Assembly: GCA_964548655.1 (NCBI GenBank)
Contig: CAZJQT010000001.1
Location: 30,884-94,883, forward strand
Direction of reading: 5' to 3'
DNA length: 64,000 bases
From: an uncultured Candidatus Saccharibacteria bacterium
GTDB taxonomy: Bacteria > Patescibacteriota > Saccharimonadia > Saccharimonadales > CAZJQT01
Part shown: positions 54,034 to 62,800 of the stretch, one piece after another
Layout of the letters: the number at the start of each line of letters is the position of its first letter
How positions within the stretch are numbered: the stretch's first letter is position 1
The notes under the pieces: model-generated
Database searches by the model: none
Told to the model about the DNA's origin: nothing
Seen by the model: only the letters and a program-made list of their open reading frames with translations
Translations under genes and position numbers: made by a program

Positions 54034-54864
54034 ATGTTTAAAATAGTGGCTTTGGTTGTTATTGGTCTGGCGTTTGGTAGCTTTGTTAACGCCCTAGTTT
54101 GGCGGTTGCATGAACGCGGCCAAGCCAAGAACAAATTACGGCTCAAAGAGCTGTCAATCACACGCGGCCGATCAATGTGCCCAGATTGCCGCCATACCCT
54201 TAGCTGGCAAGATTTAATTCCAGTCTTTAGTTGGCTATTGCTGGCAGGCAAGTGTCGTTACTGTAAGAAACCAATCTCCAGCCAGTACCCGTTGGTTGAG
54301 CTACTTACAGCCGCTCTATTTGTGGTTTCATATCTGTCTTGGTCCAATTTAGACCAACCTCGTAGCTGGCTGATGTTTTTAGCTTGGCTACCTTTACTCA
54401 CAGTGCTAGTCGCTTTATTTCTCTATGATCTGAAGTGGATGTTACTACCAAACAGTCTGGTAGCATGGGCGTTTGGTCTATCGCTAGTTCAGTTTGCTCT
54501 AAAGTTTGGTTTTGCTGACCAACAAATATCTTTAATCACGCAATCAATACTGGCAGTCTTTGTTCTTGGCGGCCTTTTTTATCTGTTATTCATAATCTCA
54601 GATGGCAAATGGATAGGTGGTGGCGACGTTAAGCTTGGTGTTGTTTTAGGCCTGATTGTCGGTCGGCCACTTCTAGCGGCTGGTGTTTTGTTCTTAGCGT
54701 CGCTGCTGGGCACTGTCTATTCTTTGCCACAACTCATGGATCATAAGTTAAAGACAAGTTCCAAAATACCGTTTGGGCCGTTTCTGATTATTGCCACCGT
54801 GGCCATCTATTTGTTAGGAACTTCGTTACAAAACTGGTTGCGACGCCACCTGTTTCTTGTCTAA
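54034..54864 (+). CDS. pilD: Prepilin peptidase / N-methyltransferase (A24 family)
   Basis: The zinc motif is CPDCRHTL...CRYCKKPI. It is polytopic, with the catalytic-type GGGDVKLG. Confidence 0.9.
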   Translation: MFKIVALVVIGLAFGSFVNALVWRLHERGQAKNKLRLKELSITRGRSMCPDCRHTLSWQDLIPVFSWLLLAGKCRYCKKPISSQYPLVELLTAALFVVSYLSWSNLDQPRSWLMFLAWLPLLTVLVALFLYDLKWMLLPNSLVAWAFGLSLVQFALKFGFADQQISLITQSILAVFVLGGLFYLLFIISDGKWIGGGDVKLGVVLGLIVGRPLLAAGVLFLASLLGTVYSLPQLMDHKLKTSSKIPFGPFLIIATVAIYLLGTSLQNWLRRHLFLV

Positions 54865-54904
54865 CCTATCCGTTAAGCGTAAGCTTTTATGCTATACTTG
54901 GCAT

Positions 54905-55765
54905 ATGAGTGTTACAGGTAGGGCCAGGGGCTATACCATTGTTGAAGTAATGATATTTTTGGCAGTTTCAGCCTCCTTGTTTGTGGTTGCGGCCGCCCTG
55001 ATTTCTGGCCAACAAGGTAAAAGTGAATTCAATCAATCACTCAACGACATAGAATCAAAAATTAGGGACGTCTCTAACGATGTTACTAATGGTTTTTATC
55101 CTAACACCAACAGTTTTAAATGCACGACTGACGGTACGGGTAGCGGTCCAACTATCAGTGTCAACGCAGGCAATACGCAGGGCACGAATCTGGGTTGTAT
55201 TTTCATCGGTCGGGTTCTACATTTTGGCGTTTCAGGTACCAGTGGCGTTGGCTATAATTTATACACGGTTGCTGGACAGCGCTTAATTGGTGGTGCCGGC
55301 AGTAATGAAGTGACTAGTCTACTTGAAACTAAACCGGTAGCAGTGGCCATAGACAGCAACGGTAAAAGTGCTGTGAATGCTATTGATAGTCTTACGCTTC
55401 AAAGTCGGATGATAGTTTCTAAGATGTACTACACTATCGGCGCTACGACTACCAATATTACAGCTTTAGGCTTTTTTAGTACTTTTAGCAGTTACGCTAA
55501 CGGCAACCTATCTTCCGGTAGCCAGTCCGTACAACTTGTGCCAATACCCGGACCTACGACTACGCCGCTAAATACTCTGACCTCACAAACTGCAGCCGAT
55601 CTGATAGATTCTTTTGCTAGTGGCGCTTACGACAGTAATCCGGTCAACGGGGTGGTGATCTGTTTCGTTAGCGGTGGCTCTAATCAATACGGCCAAATAA
55701 CCATCGGTAGCAACGGTCGGGAATTGACTACAAAACGAACTGTCGGTACGGGAGCTTGTCCATGA
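54905..55765 (+). CDS. Minor pilin-like protein
   Basis: The class III signal is RARG|YTIVEVMIFLAVSASLFVVAA. I chose the ATG at 54905 over the longer ORF. Confidence 0.7.
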   Translation: MSVTGRARGYTIVEVMIFLAVSASLFVVAAALISGQQGKSEFNQSLNDIESKIRDVSNDVTNGFYPNTNSFKCTTDGTGSGPTISVNAGNTQGTNLGCIFIGRVLHFGVSGTSGVGYNLYTVAGQRLIGGAGSNEVTSLLETKPVAVAIDSNGKSAVNAIDSLTLQSRMIVSKMYYTIGATTTNITALGFFSTFSSYANGNLSSGSQSVQLVPIPGPTTTPLNTLTSQTAADLIDSFASGAYDSNPVNGVVICFVSGGSNQYGQITIGSNGRELTTKRTVGTGACP

Positions 55766-56256
55766 AATATAAGCTATTAAACCAAATTGGTGACACCATG
55801 GTAGAAGTACTTTTGGCACTGCTGATAGTCAGTTCAGTTATTGCCGCGTCTTATGTATCTGCTAACCGAAGCCTTAGTGGTACGCGTCAATCTCAAGAAA
55901 GGGGCGAAGCCCTAAAAGCCGCCGAATCTCAAGTTGAGCAAATCAAAAGTAACGTAGCCGTAGCGGTTGCTGCCACCAAGATCTTTTGTATCGATTCAGT
56001 CAGCGGTAATGCGGTTATTGCCAATAATGCTCCGGTTGGTGGTATTGCCTTTGGCTCCCAACCAGCACTAAACAGCGACACGCTAACAACCTACGTAGCC
56101 ACCTGTAAAAGTGGCACGATCCCCTATAACATCGCTATTGATCGCAGTGGGCCTGACGCTAGCAACGGCTATGTATTTACGGTCTATGTACGCTGGTTTA
56201 GGTTAGCTTCCCCCAGTAAAGACGAAGTCAAAATAGTCTACAGGGCTTATCCATGA
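55762..56256 (+). CDS. Minor pilin-like protein
   Basis: The signal is ...NQIG|DTMVEVLLALLIVSSVIAASY, with Glu at +5. ATGA overlap with the upstream gene. Confidence 0.65.
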   Translation: MKYKLLNQIGDTMVEVLLALLIVSSVIAASYVSANRSLSGTRQSQERGEALKAAESQVEQIKSNVAVAVAATKIFCIDSVSGNAVIANNAPVGGIAFGSQPALNSDTLTTYVATCKSGTIPYNIAIDRSGPDASNGYVFTVYVRWFRLASPSKDEVKIVYRAYP

Positions 56257-56909
56257 CGACCATTAGAAACTCCAAGTCTGGTTTTACTATTATCGAACTA
56301 CTGATCGCTAGTCTTGTTTTTTCTACGATTTTGCTAGTAGTAACCTATAGTTTGCTACAAATTGGACGAATTTATTACAAAGGTATAACTGGCTCTAAGA
56401 CCCAGCAAGTCGCCCGTAATATCATGGATGATATATCGCACACAATTCAATTTAGCTCGGCTACTCCCTCTTCGCCAGATATTACTAATCTGCCAACCGT
56501 CGCTGGCGCGACTGGTCGCTTCTGTGTCGGTGATATTCGCTATACCTTCATTCTTGATAGACAACTAGTCGACAGTAGTCCTAATACCGACCAATCAGTC
56601 CATGTATTAGTGCGCGATAACAGCCCAGGTTGTACCGCTAACCGTAACCTCGGCAACGCTGTTACCGGTAGTGATCAAGAGTTGATGGATACCAGAATGC
56701 GGGTCAGCAAACTAACTATTCAGTCTGTTAACGCCAACACCCATCTATGGCGTATCACGCTAACAGTTATTAGTGGTGACGGCGGGGCAACTGGCGTGCT
56801 ACGTGACAGTAACAGTGATGGTCTCTATGACTCATGCCAAAATGTTAATGCTGGTTCACAGTTTTGCGCTGTGTCAACCTTAAGCACAGTTGTGCAACAA
56901 AGGTTATAA
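56253..56909 (+). CDS. Minor pilin-like protein
   Basis: The class III signal is NSKSG|FTIIELLIASLVFSTILLVV. ATGA overlap with the upstream gene. Confidence 0.7.
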   Translation: MTTIRNSKSGFTIIELLIASLVFSTILLVVTYSLLQIGRIYYKGITGSKTQQVARNIMDDISHTIQFSSATPSSPDITNLPTVAGATGRFCVGDIRYTFILDRQLVDSSPNTDQSVHVLVRDNSPGCTANRNLGNAVTGSDQELMDTRMRVSKLTIQSVNANTHLWRITLTVISGDGGATGVLRDSNSDGLYDSCQNVNAGSQFCAVSTLSTVVQQRL

Positions 56910-57967
56910 TGAAATTCAATATGCTTAGAATCCACAAGCTCAAAGACAATCAAGACGGCCTAGTGTCATTCATGGTGGCGCTATTTATCATGCTTATGTT
57001 GACCTTGATTGTGCTTAGCTTCGCGACTGTTACGCGTCGTGAACAGAGGCAGGTGCTTGACGATCAGCTTAGCTCTCAGGCCTTCTATGCGGCCGAAACA
57101 GGCGTAAATGATGCTCGCAAAGTGCTAAGCACGACACCTAACAAAAGCGTAAGTGACTGTAACTTAGCAGCAGCTGGTTTTAACAATAACGTGCTTGATG
57201 GCGCCAGTGGCCTAATCTCCTACACCTGTTTATTAATCAACCCTAGTCCTTCATCACTACTGTACCCAGATATTCCAGAAGGTAGTAGCCAGATTTTTCC
57301 AGTTACCAGTGCTTCAGGTGTCAATATTACAAGTATCACTCTTAATTGGCAAAACAAACTCACAAATAGCACGAACTACCGGAACATAAACTGTCCCGCT
57401 TCGGGCAACGGTTTCCCAACTCTAGCTTCATACGCTTCTTCGTGCGACATGCCGGTTCTACGAGTTGATTTTGTACCGTTAGCTAGCGTAACCCGGCCAA
57501 ACTTAATCGCTAACACCAAAACTCTGTTCCTTTTCCCACAGAAAAACATTGGTGCGGCTTCAGCCAGCTTTGCGTCAGCTGGTACCGGTGATATTGTCAG
57601 GGCTAACTGTGTATCGGCTGCTTCACCACTTTGTAGTGTAACTATTACTGGTCTAGCCCAACCAAGTTATTTCTTGCGTATCAGGCCTATTTACGAAGAC
57701 GCATCTGTAGCGATTACAGCCAGTGATGGCACTAATCCAACCATTAACTTGTCTGGCGCCCAGGCAATTGTTGACTCTACCGGCAAGGCCAACGATGTTT
57801 TACGACGCATACAAGTCAGGATACCCACCCGGGGCATCTCCAACATTTATCCACCTGACTTTGCACTCCAGTCCAATAGCAGTGTTTGCAAACGTTTCTT
57901 TGTAGGCGCTGGCATAAACGCTGGCACTGATCAAGTTGATTCAGCCTGTATCCCGGACCAGCCGTAA
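56909..57967 (+). CDS. PilX-N-domain pilus protein
   Basis: QDGLVSFMVALFIMLMLTLIVLSFATVTRREQRQVLDDQLSSQAFYAAETGVNDA matches the PilX N-terminal pattern. TAATG overlap with the upstream gene. Confidence 0.65.
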   Translation: MKFNMLRIHKLKDNQDGLVSFMVALFIMLMLTLIVLSFATVTRREQRQVLDDQLSSQAFYAAETGVNDARKVLSTTPNKSVSDCNLAAAGFNNNVLDGASGLISYTCLLINPSPSSLLYPDIPEGSSQIFPVTSASGVNITSITLNWQNKLTNSTNYRNINCPASGNGFPTLASYASSCDMPVLRVDFVPLASVTRPNLIANTKTLFLFPQKNIGAASASFASAGTGDIVRANCVSAASPLCSVTITGLAQPSYFLRIRPIYEDASVAITASDGTNPTINLSGAQAIVDSTGKANDVLRRIQVRIPTRGISNIYPPDFALQSNSSVCKRFFVGAGINAGTDQVDSACIPDQP

Positions 57968-57978
57968 CCATCCATGAT

Positions 57979-58042
57979 AGAACCCAGGTTCTCTCATCGC
58001 GCCGGCAAAATGGAATACATTTTGTCGGGCTACTCTTTCCTG
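57979..58042 (+). repeat. Gene-terminal hairpin with the same flanking boxes (pilus cluster 3' side)
   Basis: A short hairpin AGAAC-CCAG-GTTCT comes first. It is followed by CTCTCATCGCGCCGG, a stem CAAAATG/CATTTTG, then TCGGGCTACTCTTTCCTG. Confidence 0.7.
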
Positions 58043-58052
58043 TATTTAGTCA

Positions 58053-58985
58053 CTACTCAGTTTTGTGATGGAATTTCTGATGTACGGCTTTGAGGTGGGG
58101 GTCGGTAACATGAGTGTAGATCTGGGTGGTGGCTATATTGCTGTGACCTAGCAGGGCTTGGACTGACCTTAAATCAGCCCCATTCATAAGCAAGTCAGTA
58201 GCAAAACTGTGCCTCAAGGTATGTGGGCTAACATGTTTAGTAATGCCAGCTAACTTAGCGTATTGGCTAACCATACGTTGCACACTACGGGCAGTCAAAC
58301 GGTGAAAATTGCCGGATAAATCAACCGCCTTACTGCCCGAATAACGAATAAAAAGTGGTTTGGTGTTGTCGGTGCGCTTTTCCAGATAACGTTCAAGCCA
58401 GTCGGCCGCCTCTTGACTAACAAAAATTGGCCGGTCTTTCTGGCCCTTACCGCGCACCATAAACTCACGGCGTTTTAAGTTTATTTGTTCACGGTCCAAG
58501 CCAACTAGCTCAGAAACACGTAATCCTGAAGAGAACAACAGTTCCAAAATCGCTCTATCTCTAAGTCCCGATTGTTTTTCCAGTTTGGGTTGTTCAAAAA
58601 TCCGGGCTAATTCTTCTGGGTTTAGGAAGGTAACTTGTTTTCTAACCGTGTGGGCCAGCTCTATTTTGTCAGCCGACAAGCAATTAATATCACGTTTGGC
58701 ACAATATTTTAGGAAACTTCTAAGCGCGATTAAATGATAATTTTGAGTCGTTTTCTGCAGTTCATCAGAGGTGTTTGTGCCCAGACGGTTTAGCCACAGA
58801 CGCCATTTGCGCACCAACTCTTGGTCGATATCACTGACTTTTATATCGCCAGCAAAATCAATCAGACGGGTGAGGTAGTGATCGTAGTTAGCTATAGTTT
58901 TTTGCGAGCGGTTTTGTTCAATCTCCAAATATTCCAGGAAATCAGTTTTGGTTTTGCTAACTAGCATAACCATATTGTACGACAC
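58053..58985 (-). CDS. Tyrosine recombinase, XerC/XerD family
   Basis: HTLRHSFATDLLMNGADLRSVQALLGHSNIATTQIYTHV carries the R..H-R-[HW]..Y catalytic pattern. An N-terminal SAM-like core-binding domain is present. Confidence 0.85.
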   Translation of the reverse strand: MSYNMVMLVSKTKTDFLEYLEIEQNRSQKTIANYDHYLTRLIDFAGDIKVSDIDQELVRKWRLWLNRLGTNTSDELQKTTQNYHLIALRSFLKYCAKRDINCLSADKIELAHTVRKQVTFLNPEELARIFEQPKLEKQSGLRDRAILELLFSSGLRVSELVGLDREQINLKRREFMVRGKGQKDRPIFVSQEAADWLERYLEKRTDNTKPLFIRYSGSKAVDLSGNFHRLTARSVQRMVSQYAKLAGITKHVSPHTLRHSFATDLLMNGADLRSVQALLGHSNIATTQIYTHVTDPHLKAVHQKFHHKTE

Positions 58986-58988
58986 AGA

Positions 58989-59183
58989 TCTAGCAAACTG
59001 GCTTTAAAAGGCCAGCTCAATCTGTTAGAATAGTCATTAAGAATACGGCCTTCGCACTTGGTTGCTGGACAAGGCGCCAGCGAAGCGCGGAATGAGGCGT
59101 ATTTAATATACGGTAAATGAGCACTGCAGCTGGTAACGCCGTCCAGCGCCAAGAGCATCAGCAGAGTGGATAGCTTTGCTAGA
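58989..59183 (-). repeat. Family copy D (195 nt), inverted orientation
   Basis: Nt 59073-59168 align with the reverse complement of copy A. Shared blocks are AGGCGC..GAAGCGCGGA..GAG.CGTAT..ATACGG..GAGCACT..CAGC..AACGC..GCCAAGAG...CAGCAGAG. The outer arms TCTAGCAAA/TTTGCTAGA pair. Confidence 0.7.
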
Positions 59184-59212
59184 CAGCAGGATGATGCGGT
59201 GCGGAGGACGTA

Positions 59213-59794
59213 ATGGAACAAACATTGATTATATTAAAGCCTGACGTCGTTCAGCGCGGCATAGTAGGTGACATATTAAGCCGATTCGAAAAAGTCGGAC
59301 TCAAAATTGTTGGCATGAAAATGTTAGTTCCAGAGGACACGCGTCTAGCCAAACACTACCCCAACAGCCGCCGTGAATTTATAGAAGGTATGGGCAACAA
59401 AACCTTAAATAACTACAAAGAACTTGGGCTTGATGTAAAAGCCGAGTTTGGTCATACTGACCCCTATAAAATTGGTTTACAGATCAATAAATGGTTGATT
59501 GATTTTATGAAATCGGGTCCAGTTATCGCCACCGTCTTGGAAGGACCACATGCCATAGAAGTAGTTAGAAAAATAGTCGGCTTTACGCTGCCATCGGCTG
59601 CTGATCCGGGAACTATTAGAGGTGACTATTCGTTTGACTCATCAGCACTAGCCAACGCCGCCAAGCGTCCACTTAGAAATCTCATCCATGCGTCTGGCAA
59701 CAAAGAAGAAGCCGAACATGAAATTCCTATCTGGTTTGATAGCAGCGAACTCCACGACTACGAAACTATCCACCAAAAACACATGACCAGCTAG
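59213..59794 (+). CDS. ndk: Nucleoside diphosphate kinase (long form, ~35-aa insertion)
   Basis: Motifs TLIILKPDVVQRGIVGDILSRFEKVGLKIVGMKM, GTIRGDY and NLIHASG (catalytic His) are present. An insertion lies between HY and FMKSGPV. Confidence 0.8.
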   Translation: MEQTLIILKPDVVQRGIVGDILSRFEKVGLKIVGMKMLVPEDTRLAKHYPNSRREFIEGMGNKTLNNYKELGLDVKAEFGHTDPYKIGLQINKWLIDFMKSGPVIATVLEGPHAIEVVRKIVGFTLPSAADPGTIRGDYSFDSSALANAAKRPLRNLIHASGNKEEAEHEIPIWFDSSELHDYETIHQKHMTS

Positions 59795-60222
59795 TTTTTG
59801 CCAGATCCTAATGCTGAAACAAAATCATCAATTGCTTGTTTGGCGTCAATAAGTTCGGTGTAGTGAATAGTTTTTACGTTAGGTGACCCATCAATCATGG
59901 CTGATAGTTTGCGCTCCTTATCATTATAAAATAGCGCTAGCACCGGCTTACCCATGTCTTCTGCCTTGGAAATCTCGTAACCAACACCTAAGCTGGGGTT
60001 TGTTACTTCCGCAATAACCGCGTCGGCTTCCTTAATCCAATTCATATCGGTTTGCCAAATTGCTTTACTAGGCTTGTTCATGCCTTGCGAGGTCAATTTT
60101 CCATCGGCAAATATCTCGGTGAGTACATTAGCCTTAGTTTTTATGTGCTCCACTAGTGCTGCGTATGTTTTGGCATCCTCGCGTCCTCCGCGTATGGAGC
60201 AGGCAAAATAAATCTTTTTCAT
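59791..60222 (-). CDS. Nucleoside 2-deoxyribosyltransferase-fold protein (DNPH1/RCL-like dNMP N-glycosidase)
   Basis: The N-terminal IYFACSIRGGRED closely resembles the DNPH1 motif. GVGYEI is present. Length is 143 aa. Confidence 0.65.
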   Translation of the reverse strand: MKKIYFACSIRGGREDAKTYAALVEHIKTKANVLTEIFADGKLTSQGMNKPSKAIWQTDMNWIKEADAVIAEVTNPSLGVGYEISKAEDMGKPVLALFYNDKERKLSAMIDGSPNVKTIHYTELIDAKQAIDDFVSALGSGKN

Positions 60223-60314
60223 CTAATCAATCATAACAGAGGAAGTTTTGATTAACCTATAGTCCAACACACCGAACCAGGTTAGAACCGTTCTTGTATT
60301 TTACAATTAGCAAG

Positions 60315-60953
60315 TTAATACTGGAGGTCAGAGTTTTGTAAGACAACGTTTAGCAAAGTCATTTGATCGCGAATGTTGTCTGGTCTTTGGGCTTGAGCGT
60401 TAGCTTCTCGCATGTCATGCAGTTGGGCCAACATCTGTTGCGTACCAGGTCTCTCAATATGTTGTACAATCCTGGTGAGCAGGGCTGAATCTTCTGGCAT
60501 AAAGTCTGGTTGACCAATTGTATTTAAATTAGGACGTGGCGTAGCGTTTTTACGTGCTTTATCAATTGCAAGTTCTACAGCGGCTTCTCTGGAAACCCTA
60601 GCAGCTTCCCATGATGCCGAGTACAGCCACATGTGTGCTTTATCTTTTACTGTATCCCCAGTAACTTCGGGGGTCACTGGTAGCGGCTGGCGCAATTCAC
60701 GAGATTGTGTGTCTACTGCAGTGCTCGGGGCGAAAATTCGGTCTACCTGTCTGTCGGCCACATCTCTAATTTGGGAGCGGCCAACTTCTTTCAGCCCGTC
60801 ATTCTTGGTGTGCAAACCTTCCGCAATCGTGAGTACGCCAATGTCGTGATCGATGTCATCTGCTTTCTCATCCGGAGTCTTCTTATCAAATCGCTCTAAG
60901 GTCTCAGCAATACTTGGTTCATTCGGGAAAGGGTTTTTGTCTTCTATTGACAT
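60315..60953 (-). CDS. Hypothetical protein
   Basis: 212-aa ORF with acidic/polar composition. No motif recognised. Confidence 0.45.
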   Translation of the reverse strand: MSIEDKNPFPNEPSIAETLERFDKKTPDEKADDIDHDIGVLTIAEGLHTKNDGLKEVGRSQIRDVADRQVDRIFAPSTAVDTQSRELRQPLPVTPEVTGDTVKDKAHMWLYSASWEAARVSREAAVELAIDKARKNATPRPNLNTIGQPDFMPEDSALLTRIVQHIERPGTQQMLAQLHDMREANAQAQRPDNIRDQMTLLNVVLQNSDLQY

Positions 60954-60991
60954 GTGTTTATATTAGCATAAGTGTGATGAATTGTCAATGT

Positions 60992-61066
60992 TGGTACCCC
61001 CGAGAGGAATCGAACCTCTATCTTTTCCTTAGGACGGAACTACTCTATCCGTTGAGCCACGGGGGC
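60992..61066 (-). tRNA. tRNA-Arg (anticodon CCU), CCA encoded
   Basis: The reverse complement folds by hand as a cloverleaf. Acceptor is GCCCCCG/CGGGGGU. D arm is GCUC-AACGGAUA-GAGU. Anticodon arm has loop GU-CCU-AA. Variable loop is 4 nt. T arm is AGAGG-UUCGAUU-CCUCU. Discriminator A is followed by CCA. Total 75 nt. Confidence 0.85.
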
Positions 61067-61130
61067 GTGTTGCACAAGTATATCTTAAAACACTTGAACC
61101 TATAACCTAATAGCTATAACCTTATGCTAT

Positions 61131-61718
61131 ATGGCAGACAAAGAAGAAAAAGCTGAAAAATATTTTGCTGACCAATTTGATGATGAAAACGTTCTGTACG
61201 TTTTCCGTAAACATCCAGTCGTGATGCGTCGCAGTCTAGTATTTGCTATGCTTGGACCCTTGGTTGGTGTTCTACCGGTGGCAGCCAGGCCAACCCTTGG
61301 TTTTGGCTGGTTCTTTGGCGGCCTTGGGGCAGGGGTGCTAGCAGGCTTGATCATTATGTTCCCAGCTTGGATAGCTTGGTACTACAGTGTTTTCATTGTG
61401 ACCGATCAGCGATTTATCCAGATAACTCAACGCGGTTTATTCCACCGTAGCGTCGTTGATATTGGCCTGAACCAAGTGCAAATGGTCAACTACGAGATAG
61501 CCGGTTTTCAAGAAACCATGCTGGGTTTTGGTACAATAATGATGCAAACTTACATGGGTGATTTGGTTATTCATGACGTCCACCGCCCAGCCAAGATCCA
61601 GAAAAAAATGCTGAGCATCTTGCGTGAAGAAGGCATAATATCAACGACCCATCCAATTCAACCAACTAACGAGGCATATGAAGAAGAAACTGAAGCTGAG
61701 ACGGACGAAGAAGACTAG
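61131..61718 (+). CDS. Membrane protein with a bacterial PH (bPH_2/YdbS-like) domain and an acidic tail
   Basis: ENVLYVFRKHPVVMRR is followed by two TMs, then VTDQRFIQITQRGLFHRSVVDIGLNQV. Confidence 0.55.
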   Translation: MADKEEKAEKYFADQFDDENVLYVFRKHPVVMRRSLVFAMLGPLVGVLPVAARPTLGFGWFFGGLGAGVLAGLIIMFPAWIAWYYSVFIVTDQRFIQITQRGLFHRSVVDIGLNQVQMVNYEIAGFQETMLGFGTIMMQTYMGDLVIHDVHRPAKIQKKMLSILREEGIISTTHPIQPTNEAYEEETEAETDEED

Positions 61719-62754
61719 AGCTTTCCTAAAGAGGAAACTAGAAGAGAGGGGTGAGGAATCGGTGCCCAGTGAGGTGCCACGTATCACCAATGAAACCATT
61801 GCCGAACACCGCGAAGCCGTTATAGGTCGGGCTCGCAAATATATCTACCCCTTACAGCACTCCAAACACCGCATTATTTTAGTCTCGACGTCTGTTTTGA
61901 TAGCCGGCATTATTGCTTTCTTTGGCTACTGCACATTGGCGCTTTATAATTTTCAGAACAGCTCGACGTTCTTATACCGTATAACTCAAGTTATCCCATT
62001 CCCAGTTGCCAGAGTAAATAACCATTTTATCGATTACGAGAATTACTTGTTTGAACTACGGCACTATACCCACTATTATCAATCGCAGCTCAAGCTGGAT
62101 TTCAACAGCGACTCTGGTAAACAACAGTTGACGGCTTTTAGGAAACAGGCTTTGGACAAGGTTATTAGCGATGAGTTCGTCAAAGAACTAGCCGATAAAT
62201 ATAAAGTCAGCGTCAGTGACCGCGAGGTAAATGATCAAATTACAATTGTTAGGACCCAGAACCGTTTAGGTAGTAACGACAAAGTCTTTGAAGATGTTCT
62301 GAAGGATTATTGGGGTTGGACAGTCGATGATTTTAGACGCAGTCTGCGTAGTCAGCTTTTGGCTCAGAAAGTGGTCATGACACTTGATCAAGCTACCAAG
62401 GCTCGGGCTGACAACGCTCTGGCCGAACTCAAGAAAGGCACAGATTTTGCAACCGTTGCTAAAACTTATTCGGACGATCAAGCCACCAAGGGTAACGGTG
62501 GTGATTTTGGTGTTGTGGACCGCACCAACCGCGATCTGACAGCGCAAACAGTTGACGCGCTGTTTAAACTAAAACCGGGCGAATACTCAGATGTCATTAA
62601 TATCGGTTACAGTCTAGAAATAGTTAAAAATATCGAAAATTCAGGCGACAACAAAATACATGGCGCCCATATTCTGTTCAACTTCAAGGACATTTCTAAC
62701 TACACGACCGATCTAAAAAACAGCCAAAAATCCCGTGCTTTCATCAAGGTCTAG
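61678..62754 (+). CDS. Membrane-anchored PpiC/parvulin-type peptidyl-prolyl isomerase (PrsA/SurA-like)
   Basis: One TM and a chaperone-like region are followed by the parvulin motif FATVAKTYSDDQATKGNGGDFGVVDR...GYSLEIVK. It overlaps the upstream ORF by 41 nt. Confidence 0.7.
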   Translation: MKKKLKLRRTKKTRAFLKRKLEERGEESVPSEVPRITNETIAEHREAVIGRARKYIYPLQHSKHRIILVSTSVLIAGIIAFFGYCTLALYNFQNSSTFLYRITQVIPFPVARVNNHFIDYENYLFELRHYTHYYQSQLKLDFNSDSGKQQLTAFRKQALDKVISDEFVKELADKYKVSVSDREVNDQITIVRTQNRLGSNDKVFEDVLKDYWGWTVDDFRRSLRSQLLAQKVVMTLDQATKARADNALAELKKGTDFATVAKTYSDDQATKGNGGDFGVVDRTNRDLTAQTVDALFKLKPGEYSDVINIGYSLEIVKNIENSGDNKIHGAHILFNFKDISNYTTDLKNSQKSRAFIKV

Positions 62755-62800
62755 ACCATCTGTGCCCTAAAGCACTTAAGCTCTGTATAATAGTTTTCAT

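Noticed and set aside
58053-61066. A tyrosine recombinase plus a nearby tRNA-Arg might mark an integrated island.
   Set aside because: The recombinase looks like a housekeeping XerC/D type (full R-H-R-Y motif block, typical length). The intervening genes are ndk and a DNPH1-like salvage gene. No direct repeat of the tRNA 3' end was found.
60914-61105. A 63-aa ORF on the + strand.
   Set aside because: It lies over the tRNA-Arg(CCU) gene on the opposite strand and has no SD or motif. It is spurious.
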